Shown here piece by piece: positions 1 to 9,224 of a stretch of 64,000 bases of DNA. The position numbers and the translations under genes were made by a program. The stretch spans positions 32,001 through 96,000 of the forward strand of contig CAVPBK010000005.1 in NCBI GenBank assembly GCA_963701855.1, in the 5' to 3' direction. Source of the DNA: Nitrospirota bacterium. Lineage in GTDB: Bacteria; Nitrospirota; Nitrospiria; Nitrospirales; Nitrospiraceae. Within the stretch, counting starts at the first letter, position 1. Each line of letters begins with the position of its first letter. Under the pieces are notes generated by a model. That model saw only the letters and a program-made list of their open reading frames with translations, did no database searches and was not told the DNA's origin.

Positions 1-796
1 CCGCCGTGGTAAAGATGAAGGACCTGCTTGTGTTCATGAGATAGCGGATCATCATCGAGGACCCGACAAGGTAGGCGCCACTGCTGCCGAAGGCCTTGCC
101 CAAGGTCCCCATCTGAAACGGGATCTGTGAGTCGAGGCCGAAATGTTCGGCAGTCCCTCGTCCGTGCGGCCCCATCACGCCTGTGCCATGGGCGTCATCG
201 ATATAGATGTCGGCCTCATAGTCCTTGGCTAATCGACAGAGTTCTGGCAACGGTGCAAGGTCTCCGTCCATACTGAATAGGCCGTCGGTCACAATCAGGG
301 TGCGGCGTGCCTGGCGTTTCTTGGCCAGAAGGGACTGGAGGTGGCTGGTATCCTTGTGGCGATAGATTCGAAAGTCGGCTGCGCTGAGACGGCAGCCGTC
401 GATCAGGCTGGCATGGCACAGGCGATCTGCCAGGATCAGTCCGCCTTGTTCAGTCAGTGCGGGGATCGTTCCAATGTTAGCAAGGTAGCCGGAGCTAAAT
501 GTCAGTGCGGCTTCGGTTCCTTTGAACTGTGCCAGGGCAGACTCTAGTTCTTGATGTGGCGGCAACGAACCGGAGATCAACCGAGAGGCTCCAGCTCCGG
601 CCCCAAACCGTTGTGTCGCCTCGACGGCAGACTGAATCACTTCCGGGTGCATGGCCAGGCCCAAATAGTCGTTCGAGGCAAATAGAAGAATCTGGCGTCC
701 GTCTACTTCAACTACCGGCCCAACGCCGGAATGAAGTGGAGTGAGGCGTCTGGTCAGATGCCTCGCGGCCAATTCCCGTAGTTGTTTTTCAAACAT
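1..796 (-). CDS. bioF: 8-amino-7-oxononanoate synthase (3' end runs off window)
   Basis: Manual minus-strand translation from ATG 796: MFEKQLRELAAR...FASNDYLGLA...TDGLFSMDGD...DDAHGTG...GTLGKAFG (PLP lysine motif). Absent from the ORF track because there is no stop in the window. Confidence 0.93.
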   Translation of the reverse strand, partial: MFEKQLRELAARHLTRRLTPLHSGVGPVVEVDGRQILLFASNDYLGLAMHPEVIQSAVEATQRFGAGAGASRLISGSLPPHQELESALAQFKGTEAALTFSSGYLANIGTIPALTEQGGLILADRLCHASLIDGCRLSAADFRIYRHKDTSHLQSLLAKKRQARRTLIVTDGLFSMDGDLAPLPELCRLAKDYEADIYIDDAHGTGVMGPHGRGTAEHFGLDSQIPFQMGTLGKAFGSSGAYLVGSSMMIRYLMNTSRSFIFTTA

Positions 797-944
797 GCAT
801 GTGACCAGACATTAAGAATAGGAGCTGGTGTGCCTTCTGAGAACCGACACCCAGCCGCCTCATTGACAAGCTCGTGACATCCTTAGTATAAGGCCCGATC
901 ACAATTTGAGGAAACGGGCACCGCTCTCCCTGACGAATCCATCC

Positions 945-1757
945 ATGAGCTACCGTATCAAGGTCCCGGCGAAAACTCTTCCGGTCGATGAAGCTCACAT
1001 GTTGAGTTCGCTGGACCATGCGCTGCATAGGGCAGGGGGTTATCGGCGCCCCTTGCTGGTCGGCCTGGGAGTGCTGGTGCTAGCGGCTGCCGTGGTCGGA
1101 GGAGTGTTTTATGTCGATCGTCAGGCAGCGCAGAAAGCCCAAAACCTTGAACAAGAAGCGATGCGCTTCTTAACCGCTCCTTCTGCAAACGACCCTCAGA
1201 AGGCCGATCACGCGCTCAAGGAAGCGATCGCGAGGTATCGGCAAATTGTCGATCAATATCCACGAACCTCCACAGCGCCACTGGCCTTGTATCATTTGGG
1301 AAATGCATTGGTCCAGGCCAATGAACTGAGCGCAGCGATTGGTGCCTATCAACAATTTCTCACATTATACAGTTCGAATCCCTCAATGGCTGGGTTGGTG
1401 CAACAACGCCTGGCCTATGTGTACTTGCACAAGGGAGACCGGGACCAGGCAATGAAGGCATTCACTGGCATCTTGGAAACGCCTGGTACGTTGAACCGGG
1501 ATCAGGCGTTATTCGAGCTGGCGAGGCTGGAAGAGTCCCAATCGCGTCCCGAGGGAGCCTTGGCTCGCTATCAAGAACTGATAAAGACCTATCCAAACTC
1601 TCCCTTCACCAGTGAAGCGACGATTCGGACAAAAATCATGGATGCCATGAAGTCACAAGAGTCAACCCCTGCCTCGGTGTCGACAACTCCGGTCATTGTC
1701 CCATCACAGAAAAGTCCGCTGGCTCCTCCTTCCTCAGCAGCCAAGAAAAAATCATAG
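945..1757 (+). CDS. YfgM-like membrane-anchored TPR protein
   Basis: One N-terminal TM helix followed by TPR helices (YPRTSTAPLALYHLGN, YPNSPFTSEA). Start set at ATG 945. Confidence 0.75.
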   Translation: MSYRIKVPAKTLPVDEAHMLSSLDHALHRAGGYRRPLLVGLGVLVLAAAVVGGVFYVDRQAAQKAQNLEQEAMRFLTAPSANDPQKADHALKEAIARYRQIVDQYPRTSTAPLALYHLGNALVQANELSAAIGAYQQFLTLYSSNPSMAGLVQQRLAYVYLHKGDRDQAMKAFTGILETPGTLNRDQALFELARLEESQSRPEGALARYQELIKTYPNSPFTSEATIRTKIMDAMKSQESTPASVSTTPVIVPSQKSPLAPPSSAAKKKS

Positions 1758-1942
1758 CAGTCTGCTGAAAAATTCCGTCAGCGTCGTTCTTGCCTCTCTC
1801 CGCAGAACCATAGAACCATGAACCGAGAGTCAGCCTCGGAGTTGCGGACTTGCTAGGGACAAGGCGCGTCCCAGGGCAAAGAGTCTGGCTTGGCAGACTC
1901 AGGGTGTGCGGGTGAGATGTCTGGTTTTTTTGAGCAGCCTGC
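1755..1942. repeat. MITE-like intergenic element, type A
   Basis: Ends TAGCAGTCTGCTGAAAAA ... TTTTTTGAGCAGCCTGC form an imperfect inverted repeat. Interior is similar to 25965-26192. Confidence 0.7.
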
Positions 1943-1985
1943 GGGAGTATTCCATTCTGCGGATCGCAGAAAGAGGAGATCGTCT

Positions 1986-3398
1986 TTAGCGGCTGATAAC
2001 GAGAAAGTCGCCGGGTCGAATTGTCTGGCTGGAGAGGCTATTCTTTGTTTGGAGTGTCTTAACCGGGATACGAAATCGTTTCGAAACTTTTCCCAGTGTG
2101 TCTCCCGTACGGACCTTATACCAGCGAGAGGATCCGGCAGTGACAAACTGAGCCTTTGCAGGAAGTTGTGGGAACTTATAAGTCGGGATGCGGTCAAGCA
2201 GCTGTTCCACATTCGCTTTCGTTCCCACTGGAACCTTCAGGTGGTAGGTTTCGTCGCCGGGGGGTGTCGCGTCTCGACGCAGCTCAGGATTTAAGAGCCG
2301 GAGCTCTTCATAAGGAATGCCGGTGGCATTGGCGATCGCGCGAAAATGGACTGGTCGTGTGACGATCGCTTCATCGAATTGATGCGGCTCAGCAGATTCC
2401 TGAGTGAAACCATATCGATCGGGGTTCCTCGCGATAATGGTGGCGGCCATAAATCGTGGCACGTATTCTTTCGTCTCACGCCGAATCAATCGTGTTTTCG
2501 AAATCTCAGAAAAGCTTTCGGCCCGGGCTTTGTGGAGCGCTCGCATCACTTTGCCTTCTCCGGCATTGTAGGCAGCCATCGCGAGCGGCCAGGCGCCGAA
2601 GAGGTCGTAGAGATCACGGAGATAACGTGCCGCAGCCACCGTCGACTTGATGGGATCCCGACGTTCATCGACATACGTGTCCACGCGGAGCCCATAGACC
2701 TTGGCCGTTCCCTTCATGAACTGCCAGGGACCCGTGGCTTTAGCTCGTGAGTACGCGTAGGGGTTGAATCCGCTTTCCACTAGGGAGAGGTAGACCAGAT
2801 CGCTGGGAAGATGAAATTCCGTGAAGATTGTTTCGACGAGGGGACGATAACGGCTGAGTCGGAGGAGCCATTGTCCGAAGCGATCGTGGATGGCCGTATT
2901 GAAGTAGCGAATGTGGGCCTGAACCGAAGGATCCATGACAATTGGAACATTGTAGCTCGCATACTCCGTCTGATCTGCGGCATTTCCGGAAGAGTCTTGT
3001 GTCTGAGCCAGTTCAGCCGGAGGGTTCAAGGCGTCTGAAAACCGTGCGGTTGCCGGTGAGTTTCCCGCTGGGTTCAGTTGTAAGAGGTCTTCAGCTCGTG
3101 GAACGCTACTAGTTGTGGCTGTGCGACGGTTTGAGGCTTCCAGTGGCGGGCCGTCGGTATCGACTGGGACCAGATTTGCGTCTGGGTCGTCGTCCGTTAC
3201 TGTATTCTCATCCACAAGCGTAGATGGGTCAACCGTAACGGGTTCGGAAGGAGTTGCAGCCTGCACCAATATAATAGTAGGAGCGGAGAGGCTCACCCAT
3301 ACTCCGAGGAGGAGCGCTATCAGGAGGACGACATGTCCTGGCCTGAGAGGCGTCACCCAAGCGCGGCGGCGATCAGTCTGGTGTGGGAGGTTTGTCAT
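1986..3398 (-). CDS. mltD: Lytic murein transglycosylase (MltD-like) with LysM domains
   Basis: SLT motifs LVESGFNP, ATGPWQFM, AYNAGEG, ETKEYVPR and a C-terminal LysM (YKVRTGDTLGKVSKRF). Start trimmed to ATG 3398 ahead of the TM segment. Confidence 0.88.
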   Translation of the reverse strand: MTNLPHQTDRRRAWVTPLRPGHVVLLIALLLGVWVSLSAPTIILVQAATPSEPVTVDPSTLVDENTVTDDDPDANLVPVDTDGPPLEASNRRTATTSSVPRAEDLLQLNPAGNSPATARFSDALNPPAELAQTQDSSGNAADQTEYASYNVPIVMDPSVQAHIRYFNTAIHDRFGQWLLRLSRYRPLVETIFTEFHLPSDLVYLSLVESGFNPYAYSRAKATGPWQFMKGTAKVYGLRVDTYVDERRDPIKSTVAAARYLRDLYDLFGAWPLAMAAYNAGEGKVMRALHKARAESFSEISKTRLIRRETKEYVPRFMAATIIARNPDRYGFTQESAEPHQFDEAIVTRPVHFRAIANATGIPYEELRLLNPELRRDATPPGDETYHLKVPVGTKANVEQLLDRIPTYKFPQLPAKAQFVTAGSSRWYKVRTGDTLGKVSKRFRIPVKTLQTKNSLSSQTIRPGDFLVISR

Positions 3399-3670
3399 GA
3401 TCTGTGAGGCTAGACTATCGATGGACTGCGTTCGTGTCAAGGAGTTGCAAAGAGAATGAGATCCCTTCTTTAGTAAGACAGGGCAGGCGTTCCATCGTTG
3501 ATACAAAAATTGCAAGTGGAATTCCTGTCGGTATCGAAGCGTCCCAACAGTCTGAAGGCGTGTGTTTCTACACGGGGCCTTGCCTTGACAGCTTTTGGAG
3601 GTCAATGGTATCGTCCCTCCTTCCCAGGCAAGATTTTTCACGTCTTTATCCGGCTTAGGAGGATCAGTCG

Positions 3671-4810
3671 ATGCTGAAGCGGTATTTGCTGGCTCCCGGT
3701 CCGACGCCCGTGCCACCCGAAGTGCTGCTGGCCATGGCTCAGCCCATGTTCCATCACCGCGCTCCCGAGTTCGACAAAGTGTTCGCGGAGGTCCGTGATG
3801 GACTGAAGTGGCTATTCCAAACGAAAAACAACGTGCTTATGCTGGCGGCTTCAGGAACCGGAGGCATGGAAGGCTCCGTGTCCAACTTTCTCTCGCCTGG
3901 CGACAAGGCCCTCACCATTAATGGAGGGAAGTTTGGGGAGAGATGGACCAAGCTCTGTAAGACGTTCGGTGCCGAGGTAACCGAAATCAAGGTGGAATGG
4001 GGGCGAGCCGTCGATCCTCAAGTGGTGGCCGATGCGCTGAAAAAAAATCCGGGAATTAAAGCGGTATATGTGCAGGCGAGTGAGACCTCCACCGGTGTGG
4101 CGCACGATATCAAAGCGCTTGCGGAGATCGTGAAGCCCTATGGCGAAACCATTCTTGTGGTGGATGCCATTACCGCCCTCGGAGTGTTCGACATCAAGAC
4201 CGATGAGTGGGGGATCGATGTCGTGGTTACAGGGTCGCAAAAGGCATTGATGCTTCCGCCAGGCCTGGCATTTGTGAGCGTGAGCGATAAAGCCTGGCAG
4301 TTGGCAGAGAAAGCGAAGAACACGGCGTTCTATTTCAATTTTAAGAAAGAGCAGGAAAATCAGCTAAAAAATCAGACGGCCTATACGCCGGCAGTGTCTC
4401 TCATTGTCGGCTTGCAGGAAGTGTTGAAGATGATGCGGGCCGAAGGGCTCGATGGGCTGTTCGGACGTCAAGCTATGCTCGCAAAGGCCATGCGCGAAGG
4501 GATGCAAGGTGCCGGGCTCGCGTTGTTTCCCAAAGAGTCTCCCAGCGATGCCCTCACCGCCGTATTAGCTCCAGAAGGTGTGGATGGGCAGGCTATCTAC
4601 AAAAACTTGCGTGTCCAATACGGCATGACAGCGGCCGGCGGACAAGACCATTTAAAAGGGAAAATCTTCCGGGTCTCCCACATGGGTTACATGGACCGTT
4701 TTGATATCATCATGGCCGTGGCAGCCGTTGAAATGGTGCTCAAAGGGCTAGGACATCCTGTGAAGCTTGGCAGCGGCGTCGCGAAGGCGCAAGAAATTCT
4801 TATGGCATAG
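3671..4810 (+). CDS. Class V PLP aminotransferase (serine-pyruvate/alanine-glyoxylate type), probable phosphoserine aminotransferase role
   Basis: Motifs PGPTPVP, SGTGGME, ETSTGV, VDAI, GSQKAL. Lies directly upstream of serA. Confidence 0.88.
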   Translation: MLKRYLLAPGPTPVPPEVLLAMAQPMFHHRAPEFDKVFAEVRDGLKWLFQTKNNVLMLAASGTGGMEGSVSNFLSPGDKALTINGGKFGERWTKLCKTFGAEVTEIKVEWGRAVDPQVVADALKKNPGIKAVYVQASETSTGVAHDIKALAEIVKPYGETILVVDAITALGVFDIKTDEWGIDVVVTGSQKALMLPPGLAFVSVSDKAWQLAEKAKNTAFYFNFKKEQENQLKNQTAYTPAVSLIVGLQEVLKMMRAEGLDGLFGRQAMLAKAMREGMQGAGLALFPKESPSDALTAVLAPEGVDGQAIYKNLRVQYGMTAAGGQDHLKGKIFRVSHMGYMDRFDIIMAVAAVEMVLKGLGHPVKLGSGVAKAQEILMA

Positions 4811-4848
4811 GGATTTCATCTCGAAACTCTTACGATAGGGCAGACACA

Positions 4849-6438
4849 ATGGGAATGAAAATCCTCATCAGCGATAGCTTGTCGAAGCAGGGCGTGGAGT
4901 TGCTGGAACAGGCTGGATTCACTGTCGTCGTGAAATCCAAGATGCTGAAAGAGGAGTTATTCAAGGAGATTAAGGACGCCGATGGATTGATCGTGCGGTC
5001 CGGCACCAAGGTGACGGAGGAACTGATTGCGGCAGCCGAAAAATTGAAAGTTGTCGGGAGGGCCGGGTCAGGGCTGGACAATGTCGATACGCCTGCAGCG
5101 ACCCGCCGAGGGATCGTGGTCATGAACACACCGGGCGGCAATACCGTCACGACTGCTGAGCATACGATGTCGATGATCTGGGCAATGAGCCGTCGCATTC
5201 CCCAAGCGACCGCATCTGTAAAGGCCGGCAAGTGGGAAAAAGACAAATTTATGGGCGTCGAGCTCTACAACAAGGTGCTCGGCATCGTCGGCGCGGGGCA
5301 AATCGGCAGCCATCTTACGAAACTGGCACAGGGAATCGGCATGAATGTCATCGCCTACGATCCCTATTTGTCCGAGGAGCGCGCGCAGAAGATGGGTGTG
5401 ACCATGATGCCCTTGGATGAACTCTTCAAGCGTGCCGATATCATCTCTGTCCACACGCCGTTGACGCCTGAGACTAAGGGCCTCATCAATGCGCAATCGA
5501 TTTCGACGATGAAGCCAGGGGTGATGATTGTGAATTGTGCCCGAGGCGGGATTATTCATGAGGGTGATCTGTTTGAAGCGTTGAAGGTCAAGCGTGTGGC
5601 GGCGGCGGCCTTCGACGTATTTGAAGAAGAGCCGGTGAAGGCAGACCATCCCTTGTTGGCACTGGATAATTTTATCTGTACTCCGCATATCGGAGCTCAG
5701 ACGACCGAGGCGCAAGAGAATGTGGCCGTCGGCATCGCAGAGCAAATCGTCGATTACTTTACTAAGGGCATTGCCCGTGGGGCGGTCAATATCCCGTCTG
5801 TCTCTCCGGAATTACTCCCGAGGCTTCAGCCCTACTTGTCGTTAGCCGAGCAGCTTGGGAAGTTGCAAACGCAGCTGTGTGAAGGCGGGCTTGAGCGCGT
5901 GACCGTCGAATACAGCGGAGAGGTGGCAAGTCTATCGATCGCGCCGCTTACGATTGCGGTGTTGAAGGGATTGCTGAGCCCGGTGATGGAAGCGCCAGTG
6001 AACTATGTGAACGCGCCGGTTGTCGCAAAGGAACGTGGGATTGAAGTGAAGGAAGTAAAGAGCTCCGATGCGGGAGATTTCACCAGCTTGATTCGTGTGC
6101 GAGTGGAGGCCGGTAAGAAATCGTATCAGGTGGCCGGCACACTCTTTCACAAAAGAGATCCTCGCGTCGTGGAGATCGATCAATTCAATGTTGAAGTAGT
6201 GCCGGAAGGACACATGCTCCTGATCCTCAACATCGATCGTCCAGGGGTGATCGGGATGGTTGGGAAAGTGCTCGGCGACAACCTGATCAACATCGTCAGG
6301 ATGCAATGCGCGCTTGAGAAGCGGGGAGGGAACGCGATGCTCATCATTGGCTCCGATGCGGTCTTCCCTGATAAGGTGCTTGAGACGATCAAATCCAGCA
6401 AAGACATTCTCTCAGTCAAAGTCGCGGCTCTGTCCTAA
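4849..6438 (+). CDS. serA: D-3-phosphoglycerate dehydrogenase (long form with ASB and ACT domains)
   Basis: Motifs RAGSGLDNVD, GAGQIG, NCARGG, TPHIGAQT and a C-terminal ACT domain (DRPGVIG). Confidence 0.96.
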   Translation: MGMKILISDSLSKQGVELLEQAGFTVVVKSKMLKEELFKEIKDADGLIVRSGTKVTEELIAAAEKLKVVGRAGSGLDNVDTPAATRRGIVVMNTPGGNTVTTAEHTMSMIWAMSRRIPQATASVKAGKWEKDKFMGVELYNKVLGIVGAGQIGSHLTKLAQGIGMNVIAYDPYLSEERAQKMGVTMMPLDELFKRADIISVHTPLTPETKGLINAQSISTMKPGVMIVNCARGGIIHEGDLFEALKVKRVAAAAFDVFEEEPVKADHPLLALDNFICTPHIGAQTTEAQENVAVGIAEQIVDYFTKGIARGAVNIPSVSPELLPRLQPYLSLAEQLGKLQTQLCEGGLERVTVEYSGEVASLSIAPLTIAVLKGLLSPVMEAPVNYVNAPVVAKERGIEVKEVKSSDAGDFTSLIRVRVEAGKKSYQVAGTLFHKRDPRVVEIDQFNVEVVPEGHMLLILNIDRPGVIGMVGKVLGDNLINIVRMQCALEKRGGNAMLIIGSDAVFPDKVLETIKSSKDILSVKVAALS

Positions 6439-6465
6439 CCCCGCGCGCTATCAATCAGGTCAGCC

Positions 6466-7872
6466 ATGATCTCCGCTCCTCCGAAGCCTCGTCTTTCTTC
6501 GGGGCAGGCTTCATCGTCCCGCGAGCGCTCGCTTGTTCCTGTGGGCATGGCGACGATTCTTCCTCACGCGGCGAAACAGGTCCGCCGCCTTGAGGAACAA
6601 CTGCTTGCTCAAGTCAACCGGTGGGGCTACGATGAGATCATTCTCCCCACGTTCGAGTATCTCGACGTCTTGGCTCCAGGGCTTGAGCCTGAACTCATCG
6701 AGCACTGCTATCAATTTGTCGATCGGACAACAGGGCGGACGCTGCTCCTCCGTCCGGATGCCACGGCGCAGATCGCCAGGACGGTTGCGACGGGGCTTAC
6801 AGGCGCGACGTTGCCGTTGCGTCTTTCCTATCGAACGTCTGTGTTCCGCTATGAGCAGGAGCACGCCGGGCGAGGCCGAGAAATTTTTCAAGTTGGAGCC
6901 GAGCTCATCGGGCTAGACGATGTCACAAGCGACAGCGAAGTGATCGGTTTGATGATCGAGTGTCTTCGCACAGTCGGTTTACAGTCGTTTAAAGTTTGTC
7001 TCGGACATGTGGGCTTTATTAAGGGACTCCTGATGCGATCCGGACTGTCTATGCAGGGGCAGAAGTTGGCTGAGCAGGCAGCGGCGCGAAAGGATCTGCC
7101 GAGACTCGAAGAGGTCCTGGCCGGCGAGCGTATCTCCAAAACGGCGGCGCGTGCCATTCGGGAAGCGCCTGAGCTGTACGGTCAAGAGGGAGTGTTGGCA
7201 CGCGGACGGGTTCTCGCGGCTGGCGATCCGGCATTGATTGCTCCGCTCGAACGGCTTGCCCAGGTGTATCAATTGCTTTGTGCTGCAGGCCATCGGGAAT
7301 CGCTGCTTCTGGATCTGGGAGAGTTTCGCGGGTTCGATTATTACGATGGTGTCGTGTTTGACGTATTTGCCGAAGGGATGGGGGCGGAGTTGGGTGGCGG
7401 TGGACGGTACGATCACTTGATCGGCCGATTTGGAAGGCCATTGCCCTCAACCGGTTTCGGATTAGATGTCGATCGTCTCTTCCACACGATAGAATTTCCA
7501 GAGGAGGGATCGGTGGCGGCGCGAGTGGATTATCTTGTCGCCGGTCCACGCCGGGCTATGCGTCGATTGACAGCGGTTGTAGCCCAGTTGCGTCGGACTC
7601 CCTCCCGAATAGTGCAGCAGACCATGAAGGGGAGCGACTCGGCGCTTGTGGCTGGCGCAGTAGCGGCCGGGTTGGCCCAGCAGGCCGCATTTGTGGTCGT
7701 GGTTGGGGCGCCAGGAACGGGTTCTGATGAGGTACTGGTGGTTGAATCCTTCGCGGCTCATAGGCAGGGCGGTCGAGCCCGCAATCTAAGCCGTCTTTCG
7801 AAGAAGATGGGGGTTGCCGATCTGGTGGCCGCGGCTCGCCGGTTTCGTCGGCAGGTCAAGGAACGGTCATGA
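6466..7872 (+). CDS. hisZ: ATP phosphoribosyltransferase regulatory subunit
   Basis: HisRS-like motifs LRPDATAQIAR, GREIFQVGAELIG, YYDGVVF, GGGRYD without full HisRS features. Confidence 0.87.
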   Translation: MISAPPKPRLSSGQASSSRERSLVPVGMATILPHAAKQVRRLEEQLLAQVNRWGYDEIILPTFEYLDVLAPGLEPELIEHCYQFVDRTTGRTLLLRPDATAQIARTVATGLTGATLPLRLSYRTSVFRYEQEHAGRGREIFQVGAELIGLDDVTSDSEVIGLMIECLRTVGLQSFKVCLGHVGFIKGLLMRSGLSMQGQKLAEQAAARKDLPRLEEVLAGERISKTAARAIREAPELYGQEGVLARGRVLAAGDPALIAPLERLAQVYQLLCAAGHRESLLLDLGEFRGFDYYDGVVFDVFAEGMGAELGGGGRYDHLIGRFGRPLPSTGFGLDVDRLFHTIEFPEEGSVAARVDYLVAGPRRAMRRLTAVVAQLRRTPSRIVQQTMKGSDSALVAGAVAAGLAQQAAFVVVVGAPGTGSDEVLVVESFAAHRQGGRARNLSRLSKKMGVADLVAAARRFRRQVKERS

Positions 7873-9224
7873 AGTCCATGTCAGCCACCGATCTGTCTCA
7901 GCCAAAACTGCCGCCTCAGAACCTGGAGGCGGAGCAATCAGTTCTCGGCGCAGTCCTCCTTGACAATAGTGCGATGGCCAAGGCGATGGAATTACTGGTC
8001 GAAGAGAACTTCTACCGCACGTCGCATCGGAAGATCTATCGGGCGATGCTGGAATTGTCGGACGTCGGAGAAGTGATCGATCAGATTACGTTGACGGAAC
8101 GGTTGAAGGCGCAGGGAGAAATCGAGGCCATCGGGGGAGCTGCCTATCTAGCAGAACTTGTGCAGAGCGTGGCCAGCTCCGCCAATATTCGCTACCACTG
8201 CAAGATTGTGCGAGACAAGGCGCTGCTGCGAGAGTTGATCCATACCTCCACGGAAGTTCTCACGCGCGGGTACGAAGGCACCTCTTCCGTTGATGACCTG
8301 CTCGATTTCGCGGAGCGGTCGGTGTTCGGCATTGTCCAGGGGAAACTGGATCGGTCGTTCACCCCCATTGATGCCATCATTAAGGAAAGTCTTGAGCTCG
8401 TCGACAAACTGTCAAAGCGAAAGGAACATATCACGGGTGTTCCCACAGGTTTTTACGATCTCGACGATATCACTGCGGGGCTCCAACCGTCCGATCTTGT
8501 GGTGATCGCAGGGCGGCCCAGTATGGGGAAGACCAGCTTGGCGCTGGGGATGGCAGCCCACGCTGCCATTCACGCAGGCACGGTCGTTGGAATTTTTAGT
8601 CTAGAAATGTCGAAGCCGCAGATTGTCCTGCGAATGTTGAGCTCGGAAGCGCGAGTCGATTCGCACGGTCTTCGAACCGGTAAGCTTCAAAAAGAGGATT
8701 GGTGGCGTCTTGCGGAAGCGGCAGGCCGGCTGGAGCAGGCGCCGATCTTTATCGACGATACCGGCGGCATCACCGTGCAGCAGATGCGAGGTAAGGCGCG
8801 TCGGTTGAAAGCCGAACGGGGGCTGGATCTCTTAATTGTCGACTACCTCCAGTTGATGCAGGGGCGGAGCGACTCGGAATCCCGTCAGCAGGAAATCTCC
8901 GATATTTCTCGCTCGCTGAAAGCTTTGGCCAAGGAACTCAACGTGCCGGTCATCGCGCTGTCGCAGCTCAGCCGCGCAGTGGAAGCTCGGAAGCCACCGA
9001 TTCCCATGCTGGCGGATCTTCGCGAAAGTGGTGCGATCGAACAGGATGCCGACGTCGTCATGTTCATCTACCGTGAGGACGTGTATAACCAGGATTCAGA
9101 ACGGAAGGGCATTGCTGATATTCTCGTGCTCAAACATCGCAACGGTCCGATTGGGAGAAAGGAACTGCTCTTTCATGACCGCTTTGCGAAGTTCGAGAGC
9201 CTCGACAACCGAGAAGTCGTTTGA
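7869..9224 (+). CDS. dnaB: Replicative DNA helicase
   Basis: PPQNLEAEQSVLG, Walker A GRPSMGKT, DYLQLM, LSQLSR, DLRESGAIEQDAD. Confidence 0.98.
   Translation: MKSMSATDLSQPKLPPQNLEAEQSVLGAVLLDNSAMAKAMELLVEENFYRTSHRKIYRAMLELSDVGEVIDQITLTERLKAQGEIEAIGGAAYLAELVQSVASSANIRYHCKIVRDKALLRELIHTSTEVLTRGYEGTSSVDDLLDFAERSVFGIVQGKLDRSFTPIDAIIKESLELVDKLSKRKEHITGVPTGFYDLDDITAGLQPSDLVVIAGRPSMGKTSLALGMAAHAAIHAGTVVGIFSLEMSKPQIVLRMLSSEARVDSHGLRTGKLQKEDWWRLAEAAGRLEQAPIFIDDTGGITVQQMRGKARRLKAERGLDLLIVDYLQLMQGRSDSESRQQEISDISRSLKALAKELNVPVIALSQLSRAVEARKPPIPMLADLRESGAIEQDADVVMFIYREDVYNQDSERKGIADILVLKHRNGPIGRKELLFHDRFAKFESLDNREVV

Noticed and set aside
3399..3716. N-terminal extension of the MltD ORF
   Set aside because: Overlaps the divergent aminotransferase start and promoter region. 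ATG 3398 fits better.
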